Sequence record: MN850615.1
Direction: 5' to 3' (one strand)
DNA length: 64,000 nucleotides
Source of the DNA: Escherichia phage kvi
Part shown: in pieces, positions 28,311 to 37,523 of the stretch
Numbering within the stretch: the first letter of the stretch is position 1
How the letters are laid out: the number at the start of each line of letters is the position of its first letter
The notes under the pieces: model-generated
What the model was told of the DNA's origin: nothing
The model's input: only the letters and a program-made list of their open reading frames with translations
Databases searched by the model: none
Position numbers and translations under genes: made by a program

Positions 28311-28578
28311 ATTGTTTCAGGTCTTCTAAAAGTTCATCCACTGCTTGTTTCAGTACATGACGCAGCGTAAAGTAATAGCTTTCATCAAATTCTATTTCCG
28401 CGCGAGGAATAGAGCGAAACTTACACTTAACGGTAGTATCAGTGAGTCGCTTTTCGACCATCATCCGAACTTCTTCATGCTCTTTGGAATACCATACATC
28501 AACGGAGATCCCCTTACGTCGAGCAAACATAGGCAATGCCTCATTAAATTCCATTACCTTTTGTGCAAGTGTTTTCAT
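28261..28578 (-). CDS. hypothetical protein (105 aa)
   Basis: minus-strand ORF; 5' end overlaps the neighbour, start uncertain. Confidence 0.4.
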   Translation of the reverse strand: MKTLAQKVMEFNEALPMFARRKGISVDVWYSKEHEEVRMMVEKRLTDTTVKCKFRSIPRAEIEFDESYYFTLRHVLKQAVDELLEDLKQYEIERGTYYEYDYGRG

Positions 28579-28838
28579 CGTACAGACCCCATAGATCCAC
28601 GCGCAATAACATTCTGGGTAATATCAGCAACCTTACGGGATACGATGTTTGTTAGCCCCTCTTTGGTGATATTTTCACGATCAAATGGGATTTCGTCATG
28701 AGTCCACAAACCATAGTTAGATCGAAATGATAGCATATACTGACCATCTCGCACAACCTCAAATACATGGATCTTAGTGAATTTCGATAAACCTTCGTTG
28801 ATTTCTTTCAATGCATTAGTAATCATAACAACCTCCAA
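28575..28838 (-). CDS. hypothetical protein (87 aa)
   Basis: minus-strand ORF downstream of a PeSL-type promoter. Confidence 0.4.
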   Translation of the reverse strand: MEVVMITNALKEINEGLSKFTKIHVFEVVRDGQYMLSFRSNYGLWTHDEIPFDRENITKEGLTNIVSRKVADITQNVIARGSMGSVR

Positions 28839-28851
28839 TCAATTTTTAGAG

Positions 28852-28880
28852 AGTATAACGGGGATTTCTCCCCGCGTCAA
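28852..28880 (-). promoter_or_regulatory. sigma70-type promoter (PeSL-like, weaker match)
   Basis: TTGACG (28880-28875), 17-nt spacer, TATACT (28857-28852); GGGGA…TCCCC inverted repeat. Confidence 0.35.
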
Positions 28881-29906
28881 CTAACTTTTTGCGCTATTTA
28901 CCTCGGCTAAAAGTTCATCAGAAATACGCTTGACCGCCGCAAGTTCTTCCGGTTCTAGGTTTTGTTCTTCCAGATATTCATATACCATCTGAATAGTGCT
29001 TTTAACTTCAATAACACCTGTTTCCTGTGATGCGCTACTCTCCAGTTTATGGACCACTTTTAGCTTGTGTACAACGGCCTCTAACGCGCTTTCTAACTTA
29101 GTTAACCCATTATCAGCAACCGTTGCAATAAGACGCACACTAAGCCCCTTAAAGCGTTCTACATCGATTTTATCATCTGACGGGTAAGTGATACGCACAT
29201 GATAAGTTTTGTCATTCTGGATAAACTCTTTTTTGTGTGTATCGGTATCGAATACCCAAAACCCACGCGGATCGTTTTCGTCACCCGCCGTTAGTGTGTA
29301 TGGTGTACCGATATACGTTACATTACCGCCATCGCTGATAGTATGAAAATGACCGGAAAACACTTCACGGTATTTCTTGAGGAAGTCCGCGCTATAACCT
29401 TCGGATTTTAGCCCTTTATAGAAATAGTAACCGGACAATTCCCAATGGCCTACACAATATTCGCTGAATGAGTTTTGAATAAACTCTAAAATCTCTGATT
29501 TATTGTCATCACAAAACCACGGGAACAGATCAAATGATACACCATCAAAGGTAACTGTTTCCGGTTTATCGATAACCTTAATGCAATCATACTGGCTTAA
29601 CACTTCACGCGGTGCGTTAGGCTGGATCTTGTTTCGTTTAAACATATCATGGTTCCCGACCGTGATATAACAAGTAATTCCAGCCTCTTCCAGTAATGGG
29701 ATGACCTTAGTACGGTTAAATTTCATGGTTTCATGGGTAATTGCTTTTCGGCAATCAAACCAATCCCCTGTTTGAATCCATGTCTTAATATTATGCTCTT
29801 TGGAGTATTCAACCGCCTTCTTGATGGTATCAAGAATATACTCATGCACCCACGGATCATCGCCACCGATACCAGTATGCAGATCACCTAAAAGCAAAAT
29901 TTTCAT
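28881..29906 (-). CDS. 47: recombination endonuclease subunit, Mre11/SbcD-like phosphoesterase
   Basis: 341 aa; calcineurin-like motifs (LLGDLHTG…, GNHD); partner of gp46. Confidence 0.93.
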   Translation of the reverse strand: MKILLLGDLHTGIGGDDPWVHEYILDTIKKAVEYSKEHNIKTWIQTGDWFDCRKAITHETMKFNRTKVIPLLEEAGITCYITVGNHDMFKRNKIQPNAPREVLSQYDCIKVIDKPETVTFDGVSFDLFPWFCDDNKSEILEFIQNSFSEYCVGHWELSGYYFYKGLKSEGYSADFLKKYREVFSGHFHTISDGGNVTYIGTPYTLTAGDENDPRGFWVFDTDTHKKEFIQNDKTYHVRITYPSDDKIDVERFKGLSVRLIATVADNGLTKLESALEAVVHKLKVVHKLESSASQETGVIEVKSTIQMVYEYLEEQNLEPEELAAVKRISDELLAEVNSAKS

Positions 29907-29949
29907 AGTCTCTTCCTCTCTTCGTTTTCGATGCTCTCACTATATCACA

Positions 29950-29975
29950 GAAAAATAAAAAGGGAAACCCCTTTC
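29950..29975 (-). terminator. weak terminator-like hairpin upstream of gene 47
   Basis: AAAGGG…CCCUUU palindrome followed by UUUAUUUUU on minus strand; short GC core. Confidence 0.25.
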
Positions 29976-29996
29976 AGAGTCTCCCTTATAAAGCCA

Positions 29997-30284
29997 TTAC
30001 AGCATACTTAATACCGTTTGCCGTGTACTAATCCACATAGCAGAAAGCAGTTCTGGCGTGTGTGGCTGTTTGTAGATATCACGTAACTTTCCGATAGCGT
30101 AGATATACGCATCACGGTTATCATCGATGATAGCTTGTTCAGCCCACCGCTTAAGGCGTGCAATCTCTCGCGAGTTCTTACGCAAGATCTTTTCCGCTTT
30201 CTTAGCGGCTTTAGCCTCTAGTTCTGCTTGTACTTTGTCTACTTCATTCACTGCAATCTGGTCATGCTGTTCATTGCAAGTCAT
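29997..30284 (-). CDS. hypothetical protein (95 aa)
   Basis: occupies the interval where T4 has alpha-gt; no glycosyltransferase features. Confidence 0.4.
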   Translation of the reverse strand: MTCNEQHDQIAVNEVDKVQAELEAKAAKKAEKILRKNSREIARLKRWAEQAIIDDNRDAYIYAIGKLRDIYKQPHTPELLSAMWISTRQTVLSML

Positions 30285-30285
30285 A

Positions 30286-30519
30286 TTATTTTACCTCTGG
30301 GATATAATCAATTATTAAAGAAAATTCATCTTCTGATACATTATAGCTATGTGAGATTGTACCCGTAAAGACCTCAAGATCCGGTGATTTGATATTGCAC
30401 GGATCGATAATCACCGGAACGCCGCAATCTCTCAAAAATAATTTGGCGAAATACGGCACAAGGTCAGTTTCAAACTCTGCTTCTTCCAGCAAACGGGAAA
30501 TGTTAATTTTCAATCTCAT
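30286..30519 (-). CDS. hypothetical protein (77 aa)
   Basis: minus-strand ORF; overlaps the gp55 stop. Confidence 0.4.
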   Translation of the reverse strand: MRLKINISRLLEEAEFETDLVPYFAKLFLRDCGVPVIIDPCNIKSPDLEVFTGTISHSYNVSEDEFSLIIDYIPEVK

Positions 30520-31036
30520 AAAATTGGTCCAAGCTAGGCAATTCCTCGGTCAATACATCTTCAACCTTTGGCGCTTTCGGTTTATTGACCGATTCCTCGT
30601 AGTTGTTGATTTTATCGTAAATGTCCTGTATGAATGCCTCATCAGCAATCTGGCACATATCAGCGTCGCGTTCGTCATATACATGATGCACAAAATATTT
30701 GTATTTTGCGGCTGTCGCTGTTCTCTCTTTTTTAATGCGCTGTACAAAAGCATTAAAGCACGCTTGCGTGATGTAAGCATGAGGATTTTTATACTTTGTC
30801 TCGTCAAAATTAATCAAACCCTTGACCGCCGCTTCGATTCCGTCGTCGATCATTTCTTCGCGCCATGTTTGACTATAACCAGAAAAGTTAAAACGACGTG
30901 ATAGATTTTTAGAGATTTGCATAATTGCTAGGCCGATTTGATCGCTCATTGGAACTTGCCGACCTTCTGCTGCAATTTGTTGTTTCCAACGGCAAATTTC
31001 TTCGTAAAGCTCTTTATTGTTTACATAATCAGACAC
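30503..31036 (-). CDS. 55: late-transcription sigma factor
   Basis: 177 aa; closely colinear with T4 gp55 as recalled (…[30 protein letters not shown]…); GTG start with GAGGG RBS. Confidence 0.95.
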   Translation of the reverse strand: MSDYVNNKELYEEICRWKQQIAAEGRQVPMSDQIGLAIMQISKNLSRRFNFSGYSQTWREEMIDDGIEAAVKGLINFDETKYKNPHAYITQACFNAFVQRIKKERTATAAKYKYFVHHVYDERDADMCQIADEAFIQDIYDKINNYEESVNKPKAPKVEDVLTEELPSLDQFYEIEN

Positions 31037-31076
31037 TTCGCACCCTCGCTATTATTTAGGAAATAACCCTTTCGGG

Positions 31077-32546
31077 CTATTCCCCATTGCCATTATACTT
31101 TCTTTGCTTAGTTATCCACACTCTAACCATCTCTACAGATTCGCCGTCAGACGGATCAAGAGTTTTTCCTTTTTTCTTCATGCGGTACTTAAATCCGTTA
31201 AATCTTGCATTCTCTTGCTCGTTAAAGTCGAACATCTTTTTAAATGATTTTCGCCCTTTACGCTCACCACATTCTAGCGGAATCATTCGGTCTGTTATTA
31301 CATTGGCATTAGGTAGAAACGTTTTTAGATAATCCACCAACGCCCAATCAGGAACATATAGATTAACATTCTCCTTGCTCTCGTTGTCTCTCAGGTTACA
31401 ACGCAAACATAATTGAAATGCTGGTTCCAGATAATCAGACACATGACGCGCTTTCAAAAACTCGTTTGTCGGGAGATCACAACTATTAGCAAGACCTTTT
31501 AAAATATCAATCTCCCATCGTTGAGGGTTAAAGCTGAACATCACAGCAACATTTTTATGATGAATGTAAGAGTTAAGACCATAAGATCCGTAAGGTATCC
31601 GCTCACCAATACCATTTGTACACGCTTCTCGGTCCCGATTCACGGTATAAATGAAGTCATCGCCACATTCATTTTTAACCATATCAACAAGACGTTCAAA
31701 GGTATTGTTTGTTTCTGACTGGTGACGCGACCATCGTTCAGAGTCCGTCATAAGGATGATATTAACTCTATCTGTATTTTTATACTCTTTGAAATATAGT
31801 CTGGATTCTAGCGCACTCGGAACAAAATCGCAATTTGCATAGTATCGTAGATACTTCCCACTATATGTATCAAAGAGATTTGCACATGCTATCGTAACCT
31901 TTTTAAAGTCTCCCCACGTACCGTGTTTGTTATCGTTCAAGAAAACAATTTTCGACCCATTCTTCCGGTGTCCTTCGTTATGTTTTACCATAACGTTGAT
32001 TTTCTTCTCTAATAACGCCTCATAAAGCCCTCTAAGAGAAGAATCGATCATATCAGTACCATCCTTCGCACTTTCTATCTTTTCTTTGATAGCGGCCTTC
32101 TCAGAGTCTTTTAGAACTAAGTTCTGTAGGCATTCCGATTCGTCGGCGATTGGTTCGCAATGCTTCGTGATAAGTTCAAGATTAGACTTAAACGGATACT
32201 CATTAAATTCAACCAGTTGAGGAACTTCATCAATGTAAAGAGCATAATCACCAAACATTTTTGAACGTTCCATATTAGATAACGCTGTATGTGTAATGAA
32301 TATCACATCAGCACCGTCTTTAACTGATTGCATTATCGACGCTTGCACTGTCTTAAGGCTTCTTAGTCTTGTGCTATCAATCAAGACAGCACGACCGCCC
32401 ATTCTTTTAAACTTATTGTAAGATTGTTCACTTAAAACACGAGATGGCGAAGCAATAACCGCTTTTTCTTTTGTCTCTAGGACGTGGGAAAGTATAGCAT
32501 CAGTTTTCCCCGCCGCTGGCAATGCGATTAATGTTTCAATCTTCAT
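31077..32546 (-). CDS. P-loop NTPase of unknown function (Walker A/B), possible helicase-like ATPase
   Basis: 489 aa; Walker A LPAAGKTDA, Walker B ALYIDEV; no counterpart I recognise at this T4 position. Confidence 0.5.
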   Translation of the reverse strand: MKIETLIALPAAGKTDAILSHVLETKEKAVIASPSRVLSEQSYNKFKRMGGRAVLIDSTRLRSLKTVQASIMQSVKDGADVIFITHTALSNMERSKMFGDYALYIDEVPQLVEFNEYPFKSNLELITKHCEPIADESECLQNLVLKDSEKAAIKEKIESAKDGTDMIDSSLRGLYEALLEKKINVMVKHNEGHRKNGSKIVFLNDNKHGTWGDFKKVTIACANLFDTYSGKYLRYYANCDFVPSALESRLYFKEYKNTDRVNIILMTDSERWSRHQSETNNTFERLVDMVKNECGDDFIYTVNRDREACTNGIGERIPYGSYGLNSYIHHKNVAVMFSFNPQRWEIDILKGLANSCDLPTNEFLKARHVSDYLEPAFQLCLRCNLRDNESKENVNLYVPDWALVDYLKTFLPNANVITDRMIPLECGERKGRKSFKKMFDFNEQENARFNGFKYRMKKKGKTLDPSDGESVEMVRVWITKQRKYNGNGE

Positions 32547-32833
32547 TAGAAACCCTTACGTCGTGCTTTCTGGCATTTCTTGATCATTTTATCAGAAATT
32601 TCGCGCTTAGGTGCAATCTCTTTCACACCGAAAGCACTAATGCCAAATTCAGAGAGAATATATTCAACCAACAATTCACGCACACGCGCTTTACCGATAT
32701 TCACGCCGTTATTTTTCAGATATGTCTGGCCTTCGACTTGCATCAGATCTAAATCCGCGTCGGTAATATTGATTTCTTCCATGCGCCCAAATCGAGAATA
32801 AACCATGTGTGCGATTGCATTGTGTACTAACAT
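32546..32833 (-). CDS. hypothetical protein (95 aa)
   Basis: ATG at 32833 with GAGGAA RBS; the track ORF begins at an upstream TTG. Confidence 0.4.
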   Translation of the reverse strand: MLVHNAIAHMVYSRFGRMEEINITDADLDLMQVEGQTYLKNNGVNIGKARVRELLVEYILSEFGISAFGVKEIAPKREISDKMIKKCQKARRKGF

Positions 32834-32854
32834 AATATATTCCTCACTCAAGAA

Positions 32855-33013
32855 TTACTTAATGATACTTACTTTACCAGATCCGTGACAATGAGCGCAA
32901 CACCCATCACCACGCAATCCTGTTCCGTTACAGTGTTTACACTTCTTCAACGGTAAAGCCATTATAGCAAATAAAGCAATAATGAACACCGAAACTAAAT
33001 TCTCAATAATCAT
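32855..33013 (-). CDS. small membrane protein with C-terminal CxxC…CxxC zinc-ribbon (52 aa)
   Basis: MIIENLVSVFIIALFAIMALPLKKCKHCNGTG…CCAHCHGSGK; start overlaps the nrdH-like stop. Confidence 0.3.
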   Translation of the reverse strand: MIIENLVSVFIIALFAIMALPLKKCKHCNGTGLRGDGCCAHCHGSGKVSIIK

Positions 33014-33272
33014 AAATCGCCCTCAGTTCTTTATAGCCTCCAATGTGCTCGTTGTCAATGAATATCTGGGGGTATACAAACCGGAGGCTCTTTGAGTTTA
33101 GCCTCCCCGCCAGTTCTTCAATCATATCACGGTCGGGAATAATGTCAACCCCGACCTGCTTGAATACTGGTTTAAGTGTATACGGAATACCCAGATCATC
33201 CAGTAGCTTCATTGCACTAATACAACCATAACAATGATAAGCCTCTTTCGGTATACCGTATATCTCGATCAT
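33003..33272 (-). CDS. nrdH: glutaredoxin-like protein (NrdH-type redoxin)
   Basis: 89 aa thioredoxin-fold with CYGC active site and …PQIFI…IGGY… tail; T4-syntenic with nrdG/nrdD. Confidence 0.6.
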   Translation of the reverse strand: MIEIYGIPKEAYHCYGCISAMKLLDDLGIPYTLKPVFKQVGVDIIPDRDMIEELAGRLNSKSLRFVYPQIFIDNEHIGGYKELRAIYDY

Positions 33273-33769
33273 TTCTCAGCCTTTAATCTTTCTAGTTCTT
33301 CTTCCAGTTCCTTGATCCGTTGGTCACGTTCAAAGTCACGCTGTAACTTAGTGGCGAATACTCGTTTAAACTGATTGTAATCATCGATTTTAAACACTTC
33401 TTCTTCGCCATAGCGACGCACAGAAACTTCGTAGTTATTGAAGAATTGTTGCATCATTGCTTCGGATGATAGCTCTGCTGATACCACTTTAAAATATTGA
33501 TCTTCTGTAGGCGAAAACCAATTACAAGCATAAAGATAAACCTTTTCATTGTCTGGACACTGGTAAGCCTTACCATCGATTTCAATCACAGAAACATACT
33601 CAGGTATACTAGATGAATCAATAGCTAAGACTTTAAACGCACGGTCCCCGATAAACTCGGAGATCACACGATTCGCATCACTGGTTGCAAATGCTTTACG
33701 CGCTTGTTCGTTTTTCCACTGATAGGTCATACCAACAACAAACATATTACCAACCTCGCTCTTTACCAA
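33269..33769 (-). CDS. hypothetical protein (166 aa), paralogue family 1
   Basis: N-terminal G(K/M)TY(T/Q)WK motif shared with the three following ORFs. Confidence 0.45.
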   Translation of the reverse strand: MVKSEVGNMFVVGMTYQWKNEQARKAFATSDANRVISEFIGDRAFKVLAIDSSSIPEYVSVIEIDGKAYQCPDNEKVYLYACNWFSPTEDQYFKVVSAELSSEAMMQQFFNNYEVSVRRYGEEEVFKIDDYNQFKRVFATKLQRDFERDQRIKELEEELERLKAEK

Positions 33770-34571
33770 TCAAAAATTCAACTTCACGACGTTTAATGTC
33801 TTCTTGAAGGTCTTTAATCTTCTGGCGATCTTGCATGATTTCATCCATCTTGTCAAGTGCCGCAATGAAATCATCGAAACGTTCAAAGGTTTTACCTTCA
33901 TTTGCTTCGCCAAATTTAACCATTGTCAGGCCGTAACGACTACTAAACAGACGTTTCAACTGTCCAACGATCTTAGAATCAGTGGTTATAACTTCCAATT
34001 CTTCTACTTCACGAAAGAATTTTCTATCAGAATCAATAAACCAGCTAGTTCCTTTATGGTCTCTATCTTCGGTTGCGCTCATTAGAGTATGGTCTTTACC
34101 ATCAATTTCAATTACATCAATTTGCCCACATGGACGAACATTTTTAACAGTAAAAGGTCTATAATTTATTGCTCGTGCAATAACATAATTAAGGTTAGAT
34201 ACGTTTTCAGCATAATGGCAGAAGTCGGTCATAGCATTCACATCTTTCCAAGTATAAGTTTTACCAACTTCCCATTTCTGGGGAACTTCTTCAACTTCAC
34301 GAAAGAATTTTCTATCAAATGGACTAAAGAAATATGTTGCAGTCCAAATGTCTTTTCCTGTAGCAGTTTTCGCCGTATGATAAACACCGTCTAGCTCTAT
34401 TGCATTAATCCAACCGTTACCCTCGATCTCGATGATGGTAAATGGCTTGTCACCAATAGCTGCACTAATATCGCTGTTAAGTGGAGAAAGAACACCTTCT
34501 CCGTTAGTAATAAACTCAGTTTTAGCGTTTTCATCTTTCCAGGTGTAAGTTTTACCAATTTCCCATTTCAT
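33747..34571 (-). CDS. hypothetical protein (274 aa) with internal tandem duplication, paralogue family 1
   Basis: two ~95-aa repeats each beginning KWE(I/V)GKTYTWKD and ending FDRKFFREVEE. Confidence 0.5.
   Translation of the reverse strand: MKWEIGKTYTWKDENAKTEFITNGEGVLSPLNSDISAAIGDKPFTIIEIEGNGWINAIELDGVYHTAKTATGKDIWTATYFFSPFDRKFFREVEEVPQKWEVGKTYTWKDVNAMTDFCHYAENVSNLNYVIARAINYRPFTVKNVRPCGQIDVIEIDGKDHTLMSATEDRDHKGTSWFIDSDRKFFREVEELEVITTDSKIVGQLKRLFSSRYGLTMVKFGEANEGKTFERFDDFIAALDKMDEIMQDRQKIKDLQEDIKRREVEFLIGKERGW
34001..34316 (-). repeat. intragenic direct repeat (~30 bp, 1 mismatch) marking a domain duplication
   Basis: tcttc(t/a)acttcacgaaagaattttctatca at 34001-34030 and 34287-34316. Confidence 0.7.
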
Positions 34572-34583
34572 AATATATTCCCC

Positions 34584-35084
34584 TTAACCGATTTTATCAA
34601 GTTCGTTTAATGCTTTCTCTGCTTCCTGTATAGCTTGCACTCTTTCCGGCATTTTGTCAAGAAAATCTTTCAACTCTTCAAAACTGGAGATATGACGCAA
34701 GGCATTAGCACCGATAGCCGCATGTGATTTGCATTCAAAGCGAATTTTATAATTATCCATCGCCAATTTGAGAAGGTCTATTAGATCATATTCATGACCA
34801 GGCAATAAAACTTCTTTGAAGCACGCTCGGTCGCCATCGGAAAACCATATATTATCACCAACATCGATAGAACTAATATAATCCCCTTCGTGATTATAGA
34901 TTGAACGTACATTACCCCAACGGTCTACCGTAGCGACAGTAAATGGTTTATCTAGATATGTAAACACACCATCAATATTAGGTTTTTGTTCGTAACGCCA
35001 ACAATCACGCAAAATGCGCTTTTCGTCCTCACCAACCAACTTATATGTCTTCCCTTCTTCCCATTTCATAATATCATCTCTCAT
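34584..35084 (-). CDS. hypothetical protein (166 aa), paralogue family 1
   Basis: N-terminal KWEEGKTYK motif; coiled-coil-like C-terminus. Confidence 0.45.
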   Translation of the reverse strand: MRDDIMKWEEGKTYKLVGEDEKRILRDCWRYEQKPNIDGVFTYLDKPFTVATVDRWGNVRSIYNHEGDYISSIDVGDNIWFSDGDRACFKEVLLPGHEYDLIDLLKLAMDNYKIRFECKSHAAIGANALRHISSFEELKDFLDKMPERVQAIQEAEKALNELDKIG

Positions 35085-35610
35085 TTTTGATACGTGATTC
35101 TAATTGGATCATACGGTCGCGCGTTTGCTTGTATTCGCGGATAGCACCGATCCGGCTAGGCATACCATCCAGTACGCTCTTAATACCTTCTATGGTAGTA
35201 ATTTTGGCAATGCTATTATGTAACCCCATCTTATCGATCAACTGAATGTCGTAGGCTTCCATAAGCAGACCCAGACGTTCTAAAGTTAGGTCTTCTTCTT
35301 TTTCTTCCGATTCTGGAATCTTAGGTTCAATAGTAACTTCGGTAAAGAAACGACGCTCACCCGACCAAAACCACACACCGGAACAGCCAATAGGGGATTC
35401 TTTTAACGTCATAGAGTCGAAATTACTATTATTGGTAGTAATTTCTCTAACATCACCATCATCGTCAAGGTCTTCTACCCTAAACGGGCGACCAGCCAAC
35501 AAGTCAACAATACATCTGTTAATAGACGACGAAAATTTAGTCAGTTCGGCTTTCGACGCTTCGCATTCAATCTTGTAAGTTTTACCAACTTCCCATTCCA
35601 TAATAATCAC
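35074..35610 (-). CDS. hypothetical protein (178 aa), paralogue family 1
   Basis: N-terminal EWEVGKTYK motif. Confidence 0.45.
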   Translation of the reverse strand: MIIMEWEVGKTYKIECEASKAELTKFSSSINRCIVDLLAGRPFRVEDLDDDGDVREITTNNSNFDSMTLKESPIGCSGVWFWSGERRFFTEVTIEPKIPESEEKEEDLTLERLGLLMEAYDIQLIDKMGLHNSIAKITTIEGIKSVLDGMPSRIGAIREYKQTRDRMIQLESRIKNER

Positions 35611-35611
35611 C

Positions 35612-36121
35612 TCAAATAATTTTCACTGGAATACTATTAACAATCTTGTATTGTACTTGATTGTCAGACCCCCGCCACGGCTTCTTCGTTGGCATATCTT
35701 TAATATAACGCCCATCGATGAACATGTCAACTGATTCTACAATTTTTCTTTGCTCATCATTCAATTGGTCAAGGGTATAACCAGACCATAGCCAAATATC
35801 TTTATTTGGCATCCATGATTTTACTTCATCGATGATCCGCTGTACACCCTTTAAATTGCGTTTATACAATGGATCGCCACCTAAGAATGTTAGCCCCTGA
35901 ATAAAATCAGGTCTAAGCAGATCCAGAATCAATCCCATTGTATCATCGGTGAATGGTTCCCCGTTCTTAGGATTGAGTAGGCTAGCATTAAAGCAACCAT
36001 CACATGCGTGTGAACATCCGGTAACGTAAAGGGAGACTCTCACTCCCTCACCGTTCACCATATCACAATCTTTAATATCGGCATAGCGTAGCTTGCCGTA
36101 TGTATCAGAACTCATATTCAA
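35612..36121 (-). CDS. nrdG: anaerobic ribonucleotide reductase activating protein (radical SAM)
   Basis: 169 aa; CxxxCxxC cluster (CSHACDGC); adjacent to nrdD. Confidence 0.9.
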   Translation of the reverse strand: MNMSSDTYGKLRYADIKDCDMVNGEGVRVSLYVTGCSHACDGCFNASLLNPKNGEPFTDDTMGLILDLLRPDFIQGLTFLGGDPLYKRNLKGVQRIIDEVKSWMPNKDIWLWSGYTLDQLNDEQRKIVESVDMFIDGRYIKDMPTKKPWRGSDNQVQYKIVNSIPVKII

Positions 36122-36257
36122 TTACCCCGAACTCGTTTACAATCTGCGCTTTATAGTAACCACCGCGAGATGCTAATAGATAAGCTGGGCTTAGGTATTC
36201 GTATTCACGGATTTCTACTTGTGCGTTTTCAGTTTCCCAAATCAGTAAAGTCCACAT
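36105..36257 (-). CDS. small hypothetical protein (50 aa)
   Basis: ATG at 36257 preceded by the conserved leader and GGAGAAUCAAAU RBS; track ORF over-extended into the promoter. Confidence 0.35.
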   Translation of the reverse strand: MWTLLIWETENAQVEIREYEYLSPAYLLASRGGYYKAQIVNEFGVIEYEF

Positions 36258-36299
36258 ATTTGATTCTCCTGTAAAGTTGTATCTCGTCTTGATGAATAT

Positions 36300-36328
36300 A
36301 GTATAGGGGATCGCGAGATCCCCGTCAA
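36300..36328 (-). promoter_or_regulatory. sigma70-type promoter (PeSL-like)
   Basis: TTGACG (36328-36323), 17-nt spacer, TATACT (36305-36300); GGGGGATC…GATCCCC palindrome. Confidence 0.4.
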
Positions 36329-36332
36329 GCAT

Positions 36333-36881
36333 TTATTTTAAATTTTTTCGAATGTATTCAGACCATTCCTTCCCTGTCATTTCGGACCCATTCTGGAAAC
36401 TGAAATATTCATACGGCATCGAGTCAAGATAAAACAGGATCATACATCGCGCCATATAATACCAATCACGATTAAAGTAAACTACGTTATCGCCAGTACC
36501 ATCAGCACCTTTATCATAACCATCGCGGGTACGGGCGACCCATTGAATAGTATCATTTTTCTCACGGATCGTAACAGGTTCCCAATATCCAGCACATCCA
36601 GCATGACCACACGAACAAGTCAGGAAATATTGACCTTTTGCTTTGTTGTCATCCCATTCACGATGGATTGGTTCGATCTCGTGAAACAGTGCTAAGCAAT
36701 CATGATTATGCAACACTGGCTTACCATCAATCAATGCATGGAATGTATACAAACGACCAGTAGACAAATAGCTATCCTCACGCTCAACCAGTTCAATAGC
36801 AATCTTTTTAGCTCGTTCTTTGTGTCGTTGTGCTTTACGCTTACGGTTTAATGATTTCATATTCACCTCACACATTATCAA
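36333..36881 (-). CDS. hypothetical protein (182 aa)
   Basis: minus-strand ORF between nrdD and nrdG (T4 has mobD here); Cys cluster CSCGHAGC. Confidence 0.45.
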   Translation of the reverse strand: MIMCEVNMKSLNRKRKAQRHKERAKKIAIELVEREDSYLSTGRLYTFHALIDGKPVLHNHDCLALFHEIEPIHREWDDNKAKGQYFLTCSCGHAGCAGYWEPVTIREKNDTIQWVARTRDGYDKGADGTGDNVVYFNRDWYYMARCMILFYLDSMPYEYFSFQNGSEMTGKEWSEYIRKNLK

Positions 36882-37423
36882 AGGTCGCGATATAGTACAT
36901 TATGAAAATGAGAACTTGCATTACCAATATTGTAGATAATAAATTCTTCATCCGGCGCTTGCGCTACAAATTGAGTATGAGCAACCGCCACAACCTTAAA
37001 AATACGATCCGTGATCTTGTGTTTAATTTCGGCTCCTACTTCCATAGGAACATATTCATGTGTTTCTGTTTCAGTCGCAAAACAGCCATCTTCTTCATAA
37101 GCACGAACAAATCGATCGCAATCAGTACGCTTAACAAATTCAAGAGTATACAATTCTCGTGAATTGTCGGTATAGACTAATACAGAATTATTCTGATAGC
37201 GAATCACATACAGGTTATTATCATCGTCAATTACGCAAAAGCTACGGATTTGTGTTCCTTCGCCTTTACTCCAGCAGATATTAACCACAGTTCCTCTAAT
37301 AAAAAAACTTTCCTTTAAATTAAAACTAGCCAATGTGCTAGCGTGCATTTTAACAACAACACCATCGCCAATTTCCAGTTTACGAAGTTTAACTTCTTTG
37401 TTCAGTACACAAAACATCATCAT
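36878..37423 (-). CDS. hypothetical protein (181 aa)
   Basis: minus-strand ORF downstream of promoter and nrdD terminator. Confidence 0.45.
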   Translation of the reverse strand: MMMFCVLNKEVKLRKLEIGDGVVVKMHASTLASFNLKESFFIRGTVVNICWSKGEGTQIRSFCVIDDDNNLYVIRYQNNSVLVYTDNSRELYTLEFVKRTDCDRFVRAYEEDGCFATETETHEYVPMEVGAEIKHKITDRIFKVVAVAHTQFVAQAPDEEFIIYNIGNASSHFHNVLYRDL

Positions 37424-37452
37424 GTTGTCCTCTCGTTGTTTTCGATGTGAGC

Positions 37453-37480
37453 ATTATACATTAGCTAATCATGTTGTCAA
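37453..37480 (-). promoter_or_regulatory. sigma70-type early promoter (PeSL-like)
   Basis: TTGACA (37480-37475), 16-nt spacer, TATAAT (37458-37453). Confidence 0.5.
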
Positions 37481-37486
37481 CACCCC

Positions 37487-37518
37487 AAAACGAAAAAGCC
37501 GACCCTTTCGGATCGGCT
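37487..37518 (-). terminator. rho-independent terminator after nrdD
   Basis: AGCCGAUCC-GAAA-GGGUCGGCU hairpin followed by UUUUUCGUUUU on minus strand. Confidence 0.7.
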
Positions 37519-37523
37519 GAAAT

